From the IMG/VR virus record IMGVR_UViG_3300001200_000009: 64,000 nt of DNA. One strand, 5' to 3'. Below are positions 1 through 8,549 of this stretch, piece by piece (position 1 is the first letter of the stretch; every line of letters begins with the position of its first letter). This DNA comes from a virus. The position numbers and the translations under genes were made by a program. Below the pieces are notes generated by a model that was not told the DNA's origin, did no database searches, and worked only from the letters and a program-made list of their open reading frames with translations.

Positions 1-494
1 GTCCCAACCGGCGTATCGAATGATGAAGCATATGTCCATGCATTGAAGTTTGAAGCAGTCGTAGCGGCATCAGCAGTAAATGAGAACACCGAAACTTTCA
101 GTGAATTACCTAATGCGCCAGGATATTTAGCAACGAAGCCACCAACATCGCTATAAACGAGTGTTTGAGCATCGTAGTCTTCGGAATTTTTAACTGTGAC
201 AGTTGAAGCACCATTAGTAGCATTCAGCGCATTTTTGACTGTGCGAACTACCTTAAGGTCTTGACTGTATTGGAGGAAAGAGGCTGCAGATAAGAAGTCA
301 ACCGCATTAGTGCGGGACGGAGCAGCAAACTTTGCGACTAGATCGTTTTCTGAGCTAACAGACGTTACTTTGTCTGCAGGACCCCAACGAAAATCTCCTA
401 CGATCGCACCAGTCGATGTAGAAACGCCTGGTACTGAACCAGTTCTATCATCTTCGGTTACGATAACGCCAGGAGCGAGTAACGGTTGTACCAT
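1..494 (-). CDS. gp18: tail sheath protein, N-terminal part (runs off window start)
   Basis: Not in the ORF track. My translation from ATG 494 is MVQPLLAPGVIVTEDDRTGSVPGVSTSTGAIVGDFRWGPA...FLQYSQDLKVVR, a typical gp18 N-terminus; it follows gp17. Confidence 0.93.
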   Translation of the reverse strand, partial: MVQPLLAPGVIVTEDDRTGSVPGVSTSTGAIVGDFRWGPADKVTSVSSENDLVAKFAAPSRTNAVDFLSAASFLQYSQDLKVVRTVKNALNATNGASTVTVKNSEDYDAQTLVYSDVGGFVAKYPGALGNSLKVSVFSFTADAATTASNFNAWTYASSFDTPVG

Positions 495-543
495 TTGATT
501 TACCTTTTAATTTATAACAAGATTGAGCAATAACAAGTATTTG

Positions 544-551
544 TATTTATA
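544..551 (-). promoter_or_regulatory. T4-type late (gp55) promoter TATAAATA for gp18
   Basis: Exact TATAAATA in the gp17-gp18 intergenic region. Confidence 0.8.
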
Positions 552-568
552 CTTTTGAAGCTCACCGG

Positions 569-2248
569 TTAAAAGCCGAAGCTGACGTCCTGAGTTACCC
601 AACCGAAGTCTTCGTCTACCTTGTAGCCCATATCTTTACGGGCGTCGTTTAATTCGAATTCGCTTTGTCCTGAATTTGTGATGATACCAAATGATGGAAT
701 CGATTCGTCAATCAATCGGGTCTTCTCGGCTGACATAAGACTGCGTAGTCCGTTAGTATTTATCTCTCCAAAGGCGGCAGTTTCTACGAACCATGCAAAC
801 ATGACGAGAGTCATGACCATATCATCGTGGAATCCGTCTTTAGCCTGATAGGAATTCTTTTTGACCTCAAAGACACATAGTTCCTTGATGGTCTCAGGGT
901 CTGTGATGTGAATCTTGCCTTGCTCTACAAGGTCCTTAAGGTGAGAGCAACCTAATCGCTTGACCTTCTGATTCATCTCTAGACCAAATGAGACTCCCTT
1001 TTTGATGGCTCCCATATACATATTTTCATACTCGTGGTCGTAAAAGAGGGCCTTAAAGACAGTCGCGCCTAGGTCATTGGATTCAATGATGAGAAACGCA
1101 TTGTTGTAATGCTGAGCAAACTTGTGGACAATATCCGGAAATACCATCGGGCTAATCTCATTGTCTCGATAAACACAGACCTGTTTGAATGGAACTTCGG
1201 TTACATCTACAATAGAAAATGTCGAATAGTCCTGTCCACGACCTCTTGACGTATCGACTGACATTGTGTAGACATGCCCCTCTTTTGGTAGTTCGTACGC
1301 GGTCACATCTCCAGCTACCTTAACTGGCTCTGCTGCCTGAAGCTTAAGAAGGTATTCACCATTGATTAAAGTTGACGAAGTATTCTGAAATGAGTTACCA
1401 AATTCCTGCTCAAATTGCTTTTGAGACGTGTTGGCGATTGTCTCTTTTTTCCAAGCCTCATCACGACCAGGCACGTCCCACCAGTCAACTCGATACGGTT
1501 GGAACTCATTGGTTTTCTGAACAGCTCCCTCATACAGCTTATAGAACATATTGTTCACGCCGTTCGCGGTTGAGGTAATGATGATTTTTGTCTTCTTACC
1601 AGCCGCGATAACCGGATAGGTTGAGGTATAGAATTCGCCATCATTTACAACGAACGCAAATTCGTCGAGGTATAGAAGACTAATTGAGAGACCACGAATC
1701 GAAGAACCAGACGTCGAATGAGCACCGATTACTGTGTTGTTTGAAAAATGAATCGAACCTTTGTTCAATGCCTTACAACCAGGCTGCAGGAAGAACGGAA
1801 GATTCTCCAGCATAAGCGTGATACGACCAAGCATTTCCTTTGAGGTCGAGCCCTTGTTGGCAAGAATAGCGAGCGTTTTTTCGGAGTTAAAGAGCGCGAA
1901 ATGAAGAAGATAGGCGCATGAGCTGATAGATTTACCAGACTGACGACACGCTAGAACAATCGAGTGACGGTTCTTATCGAAATGCTTAATCATTTTCTTT
2001 TGATAAGGGTAAAGCTTGAATGGAACCAATCCTTTGTCAGGATGGATAACCTTGACATATGTCTCGCAGAAATACGTTAGGTCATTCTTACATTTTCGAT
2101 ATTCGTCCAACTCCCATTGTGTCCAAGGTTGGGCTACACCATGCTTCTTTACGAGAGCGTTGCCTAAATATGTCGGGAGGTTGTGAGGATTCTGGACTAG
2201 TTTAGTCGTCTTCGGTTTCCGTACCATCTTCTTTGTCCTTGTTCTCAA
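569..2248 (-). CDS. gp17: terminase large subunit
   Basis: LYPYQ Q-motif, Walker A RQSGKS, Walker B LLYLDEFAF, nuclease motifs VD..RGRGQDYS and HDDMVM; real start may be ATG 2227. Confidence 0.97.
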   Translation of the reverse strand: MRTRTKKMVRKPKTTKLVQNPHNLPTYLGNALVKKHGVAQPWTQWELDEYRKCKNDLTYFCETYVKVIHPDKGLVPFKLYPYQKKMIKHFDKNRHSIVLACRQSGKSISSCAYLLHFALFNSEKTLAILANKGSTSKEMLGRITLMLENLPFFLQPGCKALNKGSIHFSNNTVIGAHSTSGSSIRGLSISLLYLDEFAFVVNDGEFYTSTYPVIAAGKKTKIIITSTANGVNNMFYKLYEGAVQKTNEFQPYRVDWWDVPGRDEAWKKETIANTSQKQFEQEFGNSFQNTSSTLINGEYLLKLQAAEPVKVAGDVTAYELPKEGHVYTMSVDTSRGRGQDYSTFSIVDVTEVPFKQVCVYRDNEISPMVFPDIVHKFAQHYNNAFLIIESNDLGATVFKALFYDHEYENMYMGAIKKGVSFGLEMNQKVKRLGCSHLKDLVEQGKIHITDPETIKELCVFEVKKNSYQAKDGFHDDMVMTLVMFAWFVETAAFGEINTNGLRSLMSAEKTRLIDESIPSFGIITNSGQSEFELNDARKDMGYKVDEDFGWVTQDVSFGF

Positions 2249-2591
2249 TTACCTTAAGCACCTCGGAAGTATCTCCGGTAAATACGATTGCCTTTGCAGA
2301 ATCGGTTTCAATGTGCTCGATAAGAGTAGGGTCTTCTTTATTGCGTTTTGCCTGTAGGTCAAAATGCTTATCTTGTAGCTGAATCAATTTTTCATTGATG
2401 TCTGCCATATTTTTCATATAGCCCGAGAATACTTCAAAGGCTCTTGGATGTTCTGATTCCTTGGCCAATTCTTGAAGGTCTTCAAGCGATTCCATGCCAG
2501 TCTGTAGGAGCTTATAGAAGGTGACACGCGAGAACGTGTAGTCCTGAAGAATATCAGCACTTTCTTCGGCAGCTAGTAGGGGATTAGACAT
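2202..2591 (-). CDS. gp16: terminase small subunit
   Basis: DY.FSR...AKESEHPRAFEV and C-terminal VFTGDTSE motifs; synteny. Confidence 0.93.
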   Translation of the reverse strand: MSNPLLAAEESADILQDYTFSRVTFYKLLQTGMESLEDLQELAKESEHPRAFEVFSGYMKNMADINEKLIQLQDKHFDLQAKRNKEDPTLIEHIETDSAKAIVFTGDTSEVLKVIENKDKEDGTETEDD

Positions 2592-2614
2592 GGGTAGTTT
2601 CCTTTCGAAACTAT

Positions 2615-3421
2615 TTATTCACAGACAATTTCAAATTCTTCGTTGGCTTCAGCCGATAAAGGATTGATTGTCAAAGTCATATCATCAAAGACTTCATCTT
2701 CTCCATCAATATGATTGATGATAACTCTTTTGATTACTGGTCTTTCGGTAATATCCGAATCATATTCTCCAGTGCTGATACCTCCAGCACCTCCAATAGA
2801 CCCATCACCTGTAGCTCCAGAGCCTCTAAAATAATCGACGTTCTTGTATAGATTGATCGCGGCATCAAATGTTAGTGTGTAAATCAGAACTCTTTGCGTT
2901 GAGTCAGCCGCTCCCTCGTACTGGTCGTCTTTATTTGCCGACAAAAACGTGAATTTAAGGTTGTCGGTAAAGGTTTTACCTACCACAGGCTTAATGGTTA
3001 CACCAACCGACGGGTTAAAATATGGTAGAATCTGCTCGATAATCTGAAGAGCTTCATCTTCGTTCTTAGTATAAATCGATAGCTCAAATGGAATACGGTA
3101 AGGAGCAGGATTCTTGATTTTGTCTCTACCCTCTTGAATGTAACCACGTTTTGAACGCTGTCTTTCCGGGTCATAAAGAGGAGTTGAGTAAGAGAAGCTC
3201 ATACGTGGAAGTTTCATCGCGACCTTAGTATCTTCTAGGTCAGGACGTTGTCGAATACGCTCAAGAAATGACTGCTTTGGACCATAAGCAATAGGAACCC
3301 GTTTCTCGTTAGTTAACGAACCATCCGATTTTCTTCGAGCCACGTGGATATCATTGAACAGCGTACCAAATACTGCTGCAACTGAACGAATAGTTTTGTT
3401 ATAATACCATGGACCCCAAAT
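2615..3421 (-). CDS. gp15: tail sheath stabilizer / tail terminator (probable ATT start at 3421; ORF track uses TTG 3466)
   Basis: YYN.TIR...VFGTLFNDI, VPIAYGPK, LPRMSF and QIIEQILPYFNP motifs; AGGAG 8 nt upstream of the ATT. Confidence 0.93.
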   Translation of the reverse strand: MWGPWYYNKTIRSVAAVFGTLFNDIHVARRKSDGSLTNEKRVPIAYGPKQSFLERIRQRPDLEDTKVAMKLPRMSFSYSTPLYDPERQRSKRGYIQEGRDKIKNPAPYRIPFELSIYTKNEDEALQIIEQILPYFNPSVGVTIKPVVGKTFTDNLKFTFLSANKDDQYEGAADSTQRVLIYTLTFDAAINLYKNVDYFRGSGATGDGSIGGAGGISTGEYDSDITERPVIKRVIINHIDGEDEVFDDMTLTINPLSAEANEEFEIVCE

Positions 3422-3436
3422 TTGGAACTCTCCTGT

Positions 3437-3502
3437 TATAAATACTTGGTAGTCGCGAAACGCCAATTTCCACTACTCTAGAGCTACAAGGAGCTGACCA
3501 GC
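3437..3502 (+). promoter_or_regulatory. late promoter plus structured leader of GIY-YIG gene 1
   Basis: TATAAATA 3437-3444, then hairpin GTAGT-cgc-GAAA-cgccaa-TTTC-c-ACTAC and a second hairpin AGCT-acaagg-AGCT covering the AAGGAG SD. Confidence 0.7.
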
Positions 3503-4033
3503 ATGTATATTTATACGGTCTATAAGACAACAAATCTCATTAACGGCAAAATCTATATTGGAGTCCATAAGACCACCAATCCTGACGACTCGTATTTAGG
3601 TTCTGGGGTAGCTTTACGTAAGGCTATATTAAAATACGGAGTCCATAATTTCTCTAAGAGCATACTTCATGAATATGCTATCGAAGAATCTGCTTATATA
3701 AAAGAGTCAGCTTTAGTAGACAGAGCCTTCATCGCTCGTCGTGACACTTACAATATGAAAGTAGGAGGTATTGGAGGCTCAGGAAATTATGGTAGACCTC
3801 ATTCAGAAGAGCACAAACGAAAAATTTCAGAAGCTCTTAAGGGAAAACCTGGTCCATTTGCTGGTAAAGCATTATCAGAAAGACATAAGAAAAGTTTATC
3901 AGCCGCGAAAAAAGGTAAATCTAACCACTTAAAGGGCTCTACCCAACCTAAGGTTGAATGTCCTCATTGTGGTAAAATTGGTGCAAAAACCGCTATGGGT
4001 AGATGGCATTTCGATAACTGTAAATCGGCCTAA
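3503..4033 (+). mobile_element. free-standing Seg-like GIY-YIG homing endonuclease 1 (NUMOD3 repeats + C-terminal CxxC..H..C)
   Basis: VYKTTNLINGKIYIG, YLGSG, AYIKE, YN, HSEEHKRKIS and CPHCGK..RWHFDNCK. Confidence 0.9.
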
Positions 4034-4878
4034 AACGCTCCAAACGGATTATCTGGGTCGAATTCAATAATGTCTTCGGCCTCTAGTTCAATTTCATCGT
4101 TTGACTGGAATCTGTCATCAGTGTCAGCGATCATTAGAACCATACGCGATAGCTGAGTATCGCTTGAGACGATTGGAATGTCTTTTCTGAATGTAGCATA
4201 TTCTCCAGACTCGGATGTTACGTTCGCTACTTGAATTACAGTTCCATCGCTCTTAACTAATGTTCCGGTTACATTTCCATCTGGCTGAGTTTGCGAAATT
4301 GTCTCGCCAATCTTATAATTACCTGGCGAGTTAATCGTTAGGTCAACAGAGTTAGCCGATACGATGTTCGATACGTCAATATCCTCTTCAACGAAGTCCA
4401 GTTTCTCGTCATTATATTCGAACGCTGTCACGTTTAACTTGTAAACCGGCAGATTCTGTAACTGATAAAACGGCTCTTCATGCTCAACAAACGAAATAGT
4501 AAAGAGTGACTTCGAGAATGGCACATAGATAAGGTCTCCCTCATGCGGTCTCTTCTGGTCCTCATGACAACCAACTGCGTCGTTCCAGCGCTTCTTTGAG
4601 ACTACAAAGGTCGACTCGTCTTTAATCTCATATCCAAATTTTTGGAATAATTCTTCGCCATCATATCCAGCGACAGTCTCAACATACATCTCAATCTCAT
4701 AAGATTGGTCAAAGTGAGACGCAATGTCCTCACCAAAGAGTTTATCGACGTTTACGACATTACGAGGGATGTAAAGAAAATCATGACCATAAATCTGTAG
4801 GGCCTCAATGATAAGGTCCTCATACAGATTCTGTTCTGGCTCGTAGCCTTGTCTAGAGAAATGTGGGTTGGTTGACAT
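4030..4878 (-). CDS. gp14: neck protein
   Basis: EQNLYEDLIIEALQIYGHD.LYIPR, EGDLIYVP, VEHEEPFYQL and C-terminal NPFG motifs. Confidence 0.95.
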   Translation of the reverse strand: MSTNPHFSRQGYEPEQNLYEDLIIEALQIYGHDFLYIPRNVVNVDKLFGEDIASHFDQSYEIEMYVETVAGYDGEELFQKFGYEIKDESTFVVSKKRWNDAVGCHEDQKRPHEGDLIYVPFSKSLFTISFVEHEEPFYQLQNLPVYKLNVTAFEYNDEKLDFVEEDIDVSNIVSANSVDLTINSPGNYKIGETISQTQPDGNVTGTLVKSDGTVIQVANVTSESGEYATFRKDIPIVSSDTQLSRMVLMIADTDDRFQSNDEIELEAEDIIEFDPDNPFGAF

Positions 4879-4881
4879 GCG

Positions 4882-5649
4882 CTACCCCACAAAGAACATA
4901 GGAGGAGGTGTGTATCTGTCTTCTAGTTCTTGTTCAAGTTTTTCGATCGTTTCCTTGGCCTTTGCGATTATATCTTGTCCGTTAAACGTGACTCCACCAA
5001 GCATTTCGACTCCGCTAAACTTAGATAGGTTCTGGCCCCACTGAAGTTCGATCAGAGCTGTTGCATATCTCTTAAGCCACGAGTCATTAAGGCCATAAGC
5101 GCCATCTTCTTCTGGGTCAACCGCAAGATTAACCACCATAACGATGTATTCGCCTTCGGCAATATCATTTTCCCAGTCCATTTGAATCTCTAGACGATTA
5201 CGTCGGCGAGAGAACTCAACAATATTTCGACCATTTAGGGTGTCATTAAGAAAGTTGAGGTATTGTTTAGTCATAACGAAGTTTGAGATACCTCCACCTC
5301 GTCCGCTTAGACCGCCTGCACGTAGGTCAAAGATGTCATTAAGATGCAATTGATATTCGATATTGAACATACCAGAGCCTAGTCCGGTTGACCTAATAGG
5401 TAGAACAGATTCGACCCTCAGAACATTTTGCGGAAGAACAATATAACCATTAGCCTTATCTGCTGCAGTGACCTGGTGTTTTACGACGGTCTCGTCTGAA
5501 CCATCCATGTGACGTTCATTCCATATTTGAATAGCTTCGTCAACCCGATCGTCTACTTGGGCAGGCGAAATGTTGATTTGAATCAATCCATGACCCAATT
5601 TACGAAGACAATATTCTCCAAATTCTTTACGAGTTGTAATACTAGGCAT
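4882..5649 (-). CDS. gp13: neck protein
   Basis: YCLRKLG...IQIN...QVDD, WLKRYATAL..QWGQNLSKF.GV..GGVT.NG motifs. Confidence 0.95.
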   Translation of the reverse strand: MPSITTRKEFGEYCLRKLGHGLIQINISPAQVDDRVDEAIQIWNERHMDGSDETVVKHQVTAADKANGYIVLPQNVLRVESVLPIRSTGLGSGMFNIEYQLHLNDIFDLRAGGLSGRGGGISNFVMTKQYLNFLNDTLNGRNIVEFSRRRNRLEIQMDWENDIAEGEYIVMVVNLAVDPEEDGAYGLNDSWLKRYATALIELQWGQNLSKFSGVEMLGGVTFNGQDIIAKAKETIEKLEQELEDRYTPPPMFFVG

Positions 5650-8376
5650 TTGCTTCTAGTGCTTTAACCTTCTCATTTAGTTCTTTGAGTGAAGCCAGTA
5701 GGAGTGGAACAAGCTTTTCATAAGAGACAGTTTTATAACCTTCCAGCTCCTGTCCAATAGCTTCAGGGAAATGCTCTTCAACTTCTTGAGCGATAACACC
5801 AACTTGTCTTTCTTTAGATACGATTCCAATTTCTTCGGCCTTGTCATTCCAATCATAATAGACTGGGTTAAGCTTTTCAATAGTATTTAGTCCTTCTATC
5901 GCCGCAAAATCTTTCTTAAGATTTTTATCAGAGAAGGCTGTGATGTCACCGGTTGCAGTAAAGTTACCGGTTGCTTTAGCAAACGTAAATCTAGTAGTGG
6001 CATTATCTCTTACGAATAGATTTCCATTGTATAGGTCTACAAAATTAGATGAAGAGGTATGATGAATTCTCATGTCTGCAGAGTTACCAAGTCTAACTTG
6101 GAAACCATCTTGCCATTCCGTATGTCCAAGCACATTGTCATCGGTATCAGAGCGAACAAAACTTCCAGCAGATTGTCCACCTAAGAAACCTGCATTGATG
6201 TTCTTAGTGTCCAAATAGGCAGTTGTGACAACAGCTTGAACTCTTGCTGTCGTATGATAAAGATTAGTACCTTCCGACAGATTTGAAGTAGAGAACCCGT
6301 TGATATTGGTGATATAGCCCTTCGACAGAATTCTGCTTTCGATAGCCGCCGCTGAAGCAAATACGCTATTTGACGTAGACCACGTCTCAGTCGATAATAG
6401 AACATCCGAAGCCAGAACCTTTTCAAATGTAATTGCCGGCAGTCTAGCGATGTTAAGGATTCCTGAAGTAATTTTTGAAGAATCAAGATTTGGAATACGG
6501 CTAGCGTTAAGAGTTCCTGAAGTAATTTGAGATGCTGGTAGAGCTGGAATTCTAGCAGCTGTTAAAACGCCCGAAGTAATCTTCGAAGCCGCAAGATTTG
6601 GAATACGACCGGTTGCAAAAATCCCAGTAGTAGTTTTTCCTGCGTCTAAAGCTGGAATACGACCATCAGCAAAAGTCCCAGAAGTAATTTGAGTAGCCGG
6701 AAGCGCAGGAATTCTAGAGCTGATGGCGTAAATGTAGAAGGCTTGCCAGTGATATTAGCCCATGCTAGATAATATGCAGTTCCTTGCCCATTTAGAGTCG
6801 TAGCATTTACTCCTCCAATGGTAGTAACCACCTCACCAGTAGTAGAGCCATTGAATACGAAAAACTTATCTTCCGATTCATCCCAATAAAATTGAGCATC
6901 AGTTAAAGAACCTCTACCGAATTTAATACCTGCATCAGTCGTTGGAGTACCTGTTTGGTCTTGGTTTAGATTAATAAAGCTGTCGCCAACATTGATTTCA
7001 TTACTAGATATGGCGTTAATTTCGCCTTGTACATTAAGGTCTCCCTGCACAGTGACATCATTAGCAAACGTTTGATTACCCGAGAGTCTTGCAAAAGAAG
7101 ATGCATGCACACCATCAACCGTATCTGCGTCTAGACCAGAGCCTGTTCCGTCATTTCCAGCATGCCAAACGATAAATCCATTTACGGAAATCGCATTTCC
7201 GGTAATTACTGTGGTATCTCTTCCGGCCCATCCAGAAACCCAATTGTCTGGGGACGTGTTAATAGACATTCCAGATTCAGCATTAACATAGACCACTTCG
7301 GCGGTTTGACCTACAGCGTGTGAATGCGATTCGCCAGCCGAAAGGATTAGATGATTACCATTACCCGTTCTCAGTTCTGAAGTAAGCATTTTACCAGTGG
7401 CTTGTAGGTCAGCACCTACGATATTGCCAGCAGCAGTTATATTTCCTGTGCCAGATAAGTCCGTTTTCACAGTCACAATCGAATTGCTAAGCTCTAGTCT
7501 TTCTTCGGTGGCGTTGTCGTCGATACCACGAGAAGTAAATGTGTTATTGAAAACAGCAGCACCGTCAACAGTTAAACTGCTTAAAGTCGTAAGGCCAGCT
7601 ACGTCTAACGTACCTGAAACCGTAGCGTTAGTAAAGTTTACAGTTGTGCCAGTCTGTAGATTGTAAATGTAGTTAATCGCCGCGACAATAGAATCATTAT
7701 TTGAACCAAAAATTCCAGCATCAAGAGCAGTCAGTTCTCCAATTACTGTATTCGTATTAGACAAGTCCGCGGACAAATTGTTAAAGTCGGTTTTAACTTC
7801 ATTCACACCACCTCTAATCGTCTGAGAAGTAGTGATTAAAGTAGTTGATCGTCCTGACTGAATTCGATAATCATTCCATACATCTCTAAGACCGTCAGTA
7901 ATATCTGTCGGAGAGGTTAAAAATCCATCGATAGTAAGATCGGATAAATTAGAATTTGGACCAACTCTAGTATCAAGAGCTACAGCAGCAGCATCGGTTT
8001 GAGCTAAATCGGCTGACAAATCATTAACATCAGTCTTTAATTCATTAATGGCTGGAATTACTGATGTTGCGGCAGTAATAAACGTAGTGCCTCTACCCGT
8101 TACTGCAACATAGTCACCCCAAAAGTTTCCAATGGCTTGAGTTACAATATCGCCCGTGACGATACCAGCAGTGTTCATTACATCAAAATTAGAATGCGGA
8201 CCAACATAAATTTCGAGGTCATCGATACGTTGATCGTTAACATTAAGACCATCAATGATATCAGACGCAGTGTAAGAAAGCGAGCTAAAGTCGCCAATAT
8301 CAGTAGCCAATAGGTTATATTTAGCAACCCATTGTTCTACTGTTTCGTAGTTATTTTCAATAATTCTAAGAGCCAT
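5642..8376 (-). pseudogene. collar/whisker-position fibre protein with C-terminal Peptidase_S74-type chaperone, interrupted by a frameshift near 6716-6720
   Basis: The 576-aa ORF goes out of frame after TPSA. The -1 frame reads RIPALPATQITSG... without a stop into the 5642..6214 ORF (GDITAFSDKNLK...GVIAQEV). The gene sits at the wac position upstream of gp13. Confidence 0.75.
6435..6716 (-). repeat. five tandem 54-nt (18-aa) repeats RIPxLxAxxITSGxxxxx
   Basis: Translated by hand: RIPALPATQITSGTFADG / RIPALDAGKTTTGIFATG / RIPNLAASKITSGVLTAA / RIPALPASQITSGTLNAS / RIPNLDSSKITSGILNIA. Confidence 0.85.
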
Positions 8377-8548
8377 TTATCAGTTTCTCTAGTCTGGCGA
8401 TACGTTCTTCTAGTGTATTTATCTTATTATCCTTCTCTATCCGCATTCTAGCCGCTTTTTTTGCTCTCTTAAGAGCGGCATTGTCAACGCTGACGATTGC
8501 CCCGTTTACAGTTTTTCGAAGAGAAGGATAGCCCTCAATTTTCTGCAT
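8366..8548 (-). CDS. small conserved T4-like hypothetical protein (coiled coil)
   Basis: KIEGY..L....GAIV..D pattern seen downstream of DUF4815 genes in marine T4-like phages; tight gene packing. Confidence 0.7.
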   Translation of the reverse strand: MQKIEGYPSLRKTVNGAIVSVDNAALKRAKKAARMRIEKDNKINTLEERIARLEKLINGS

Positions 8549-8549
8549 G

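Noticed and set aside
310-498. Plus-strand 62-aa ORF and the many other short antisense or nested ORFs in the track (e.g. 7397, 18438, 21246, 33298, 45312)
   Set aside because: They are shadows of well-conserved genes on the other strand or frame, with no RBS or motif support.
6181-6486. 101-aa ORF as an independent gene
   Set aside because: It is an off-frame shadow; the true coding frame is the repeat-containing frame continuous with 5642..6214.
6700-6760. Programmed -1 ribosomal frameshift in the fibre gene
   Set aside because: No X XXY YYZ slippery site in the short window where both frames are open, and paralogue comparison points to missing sequence instead.
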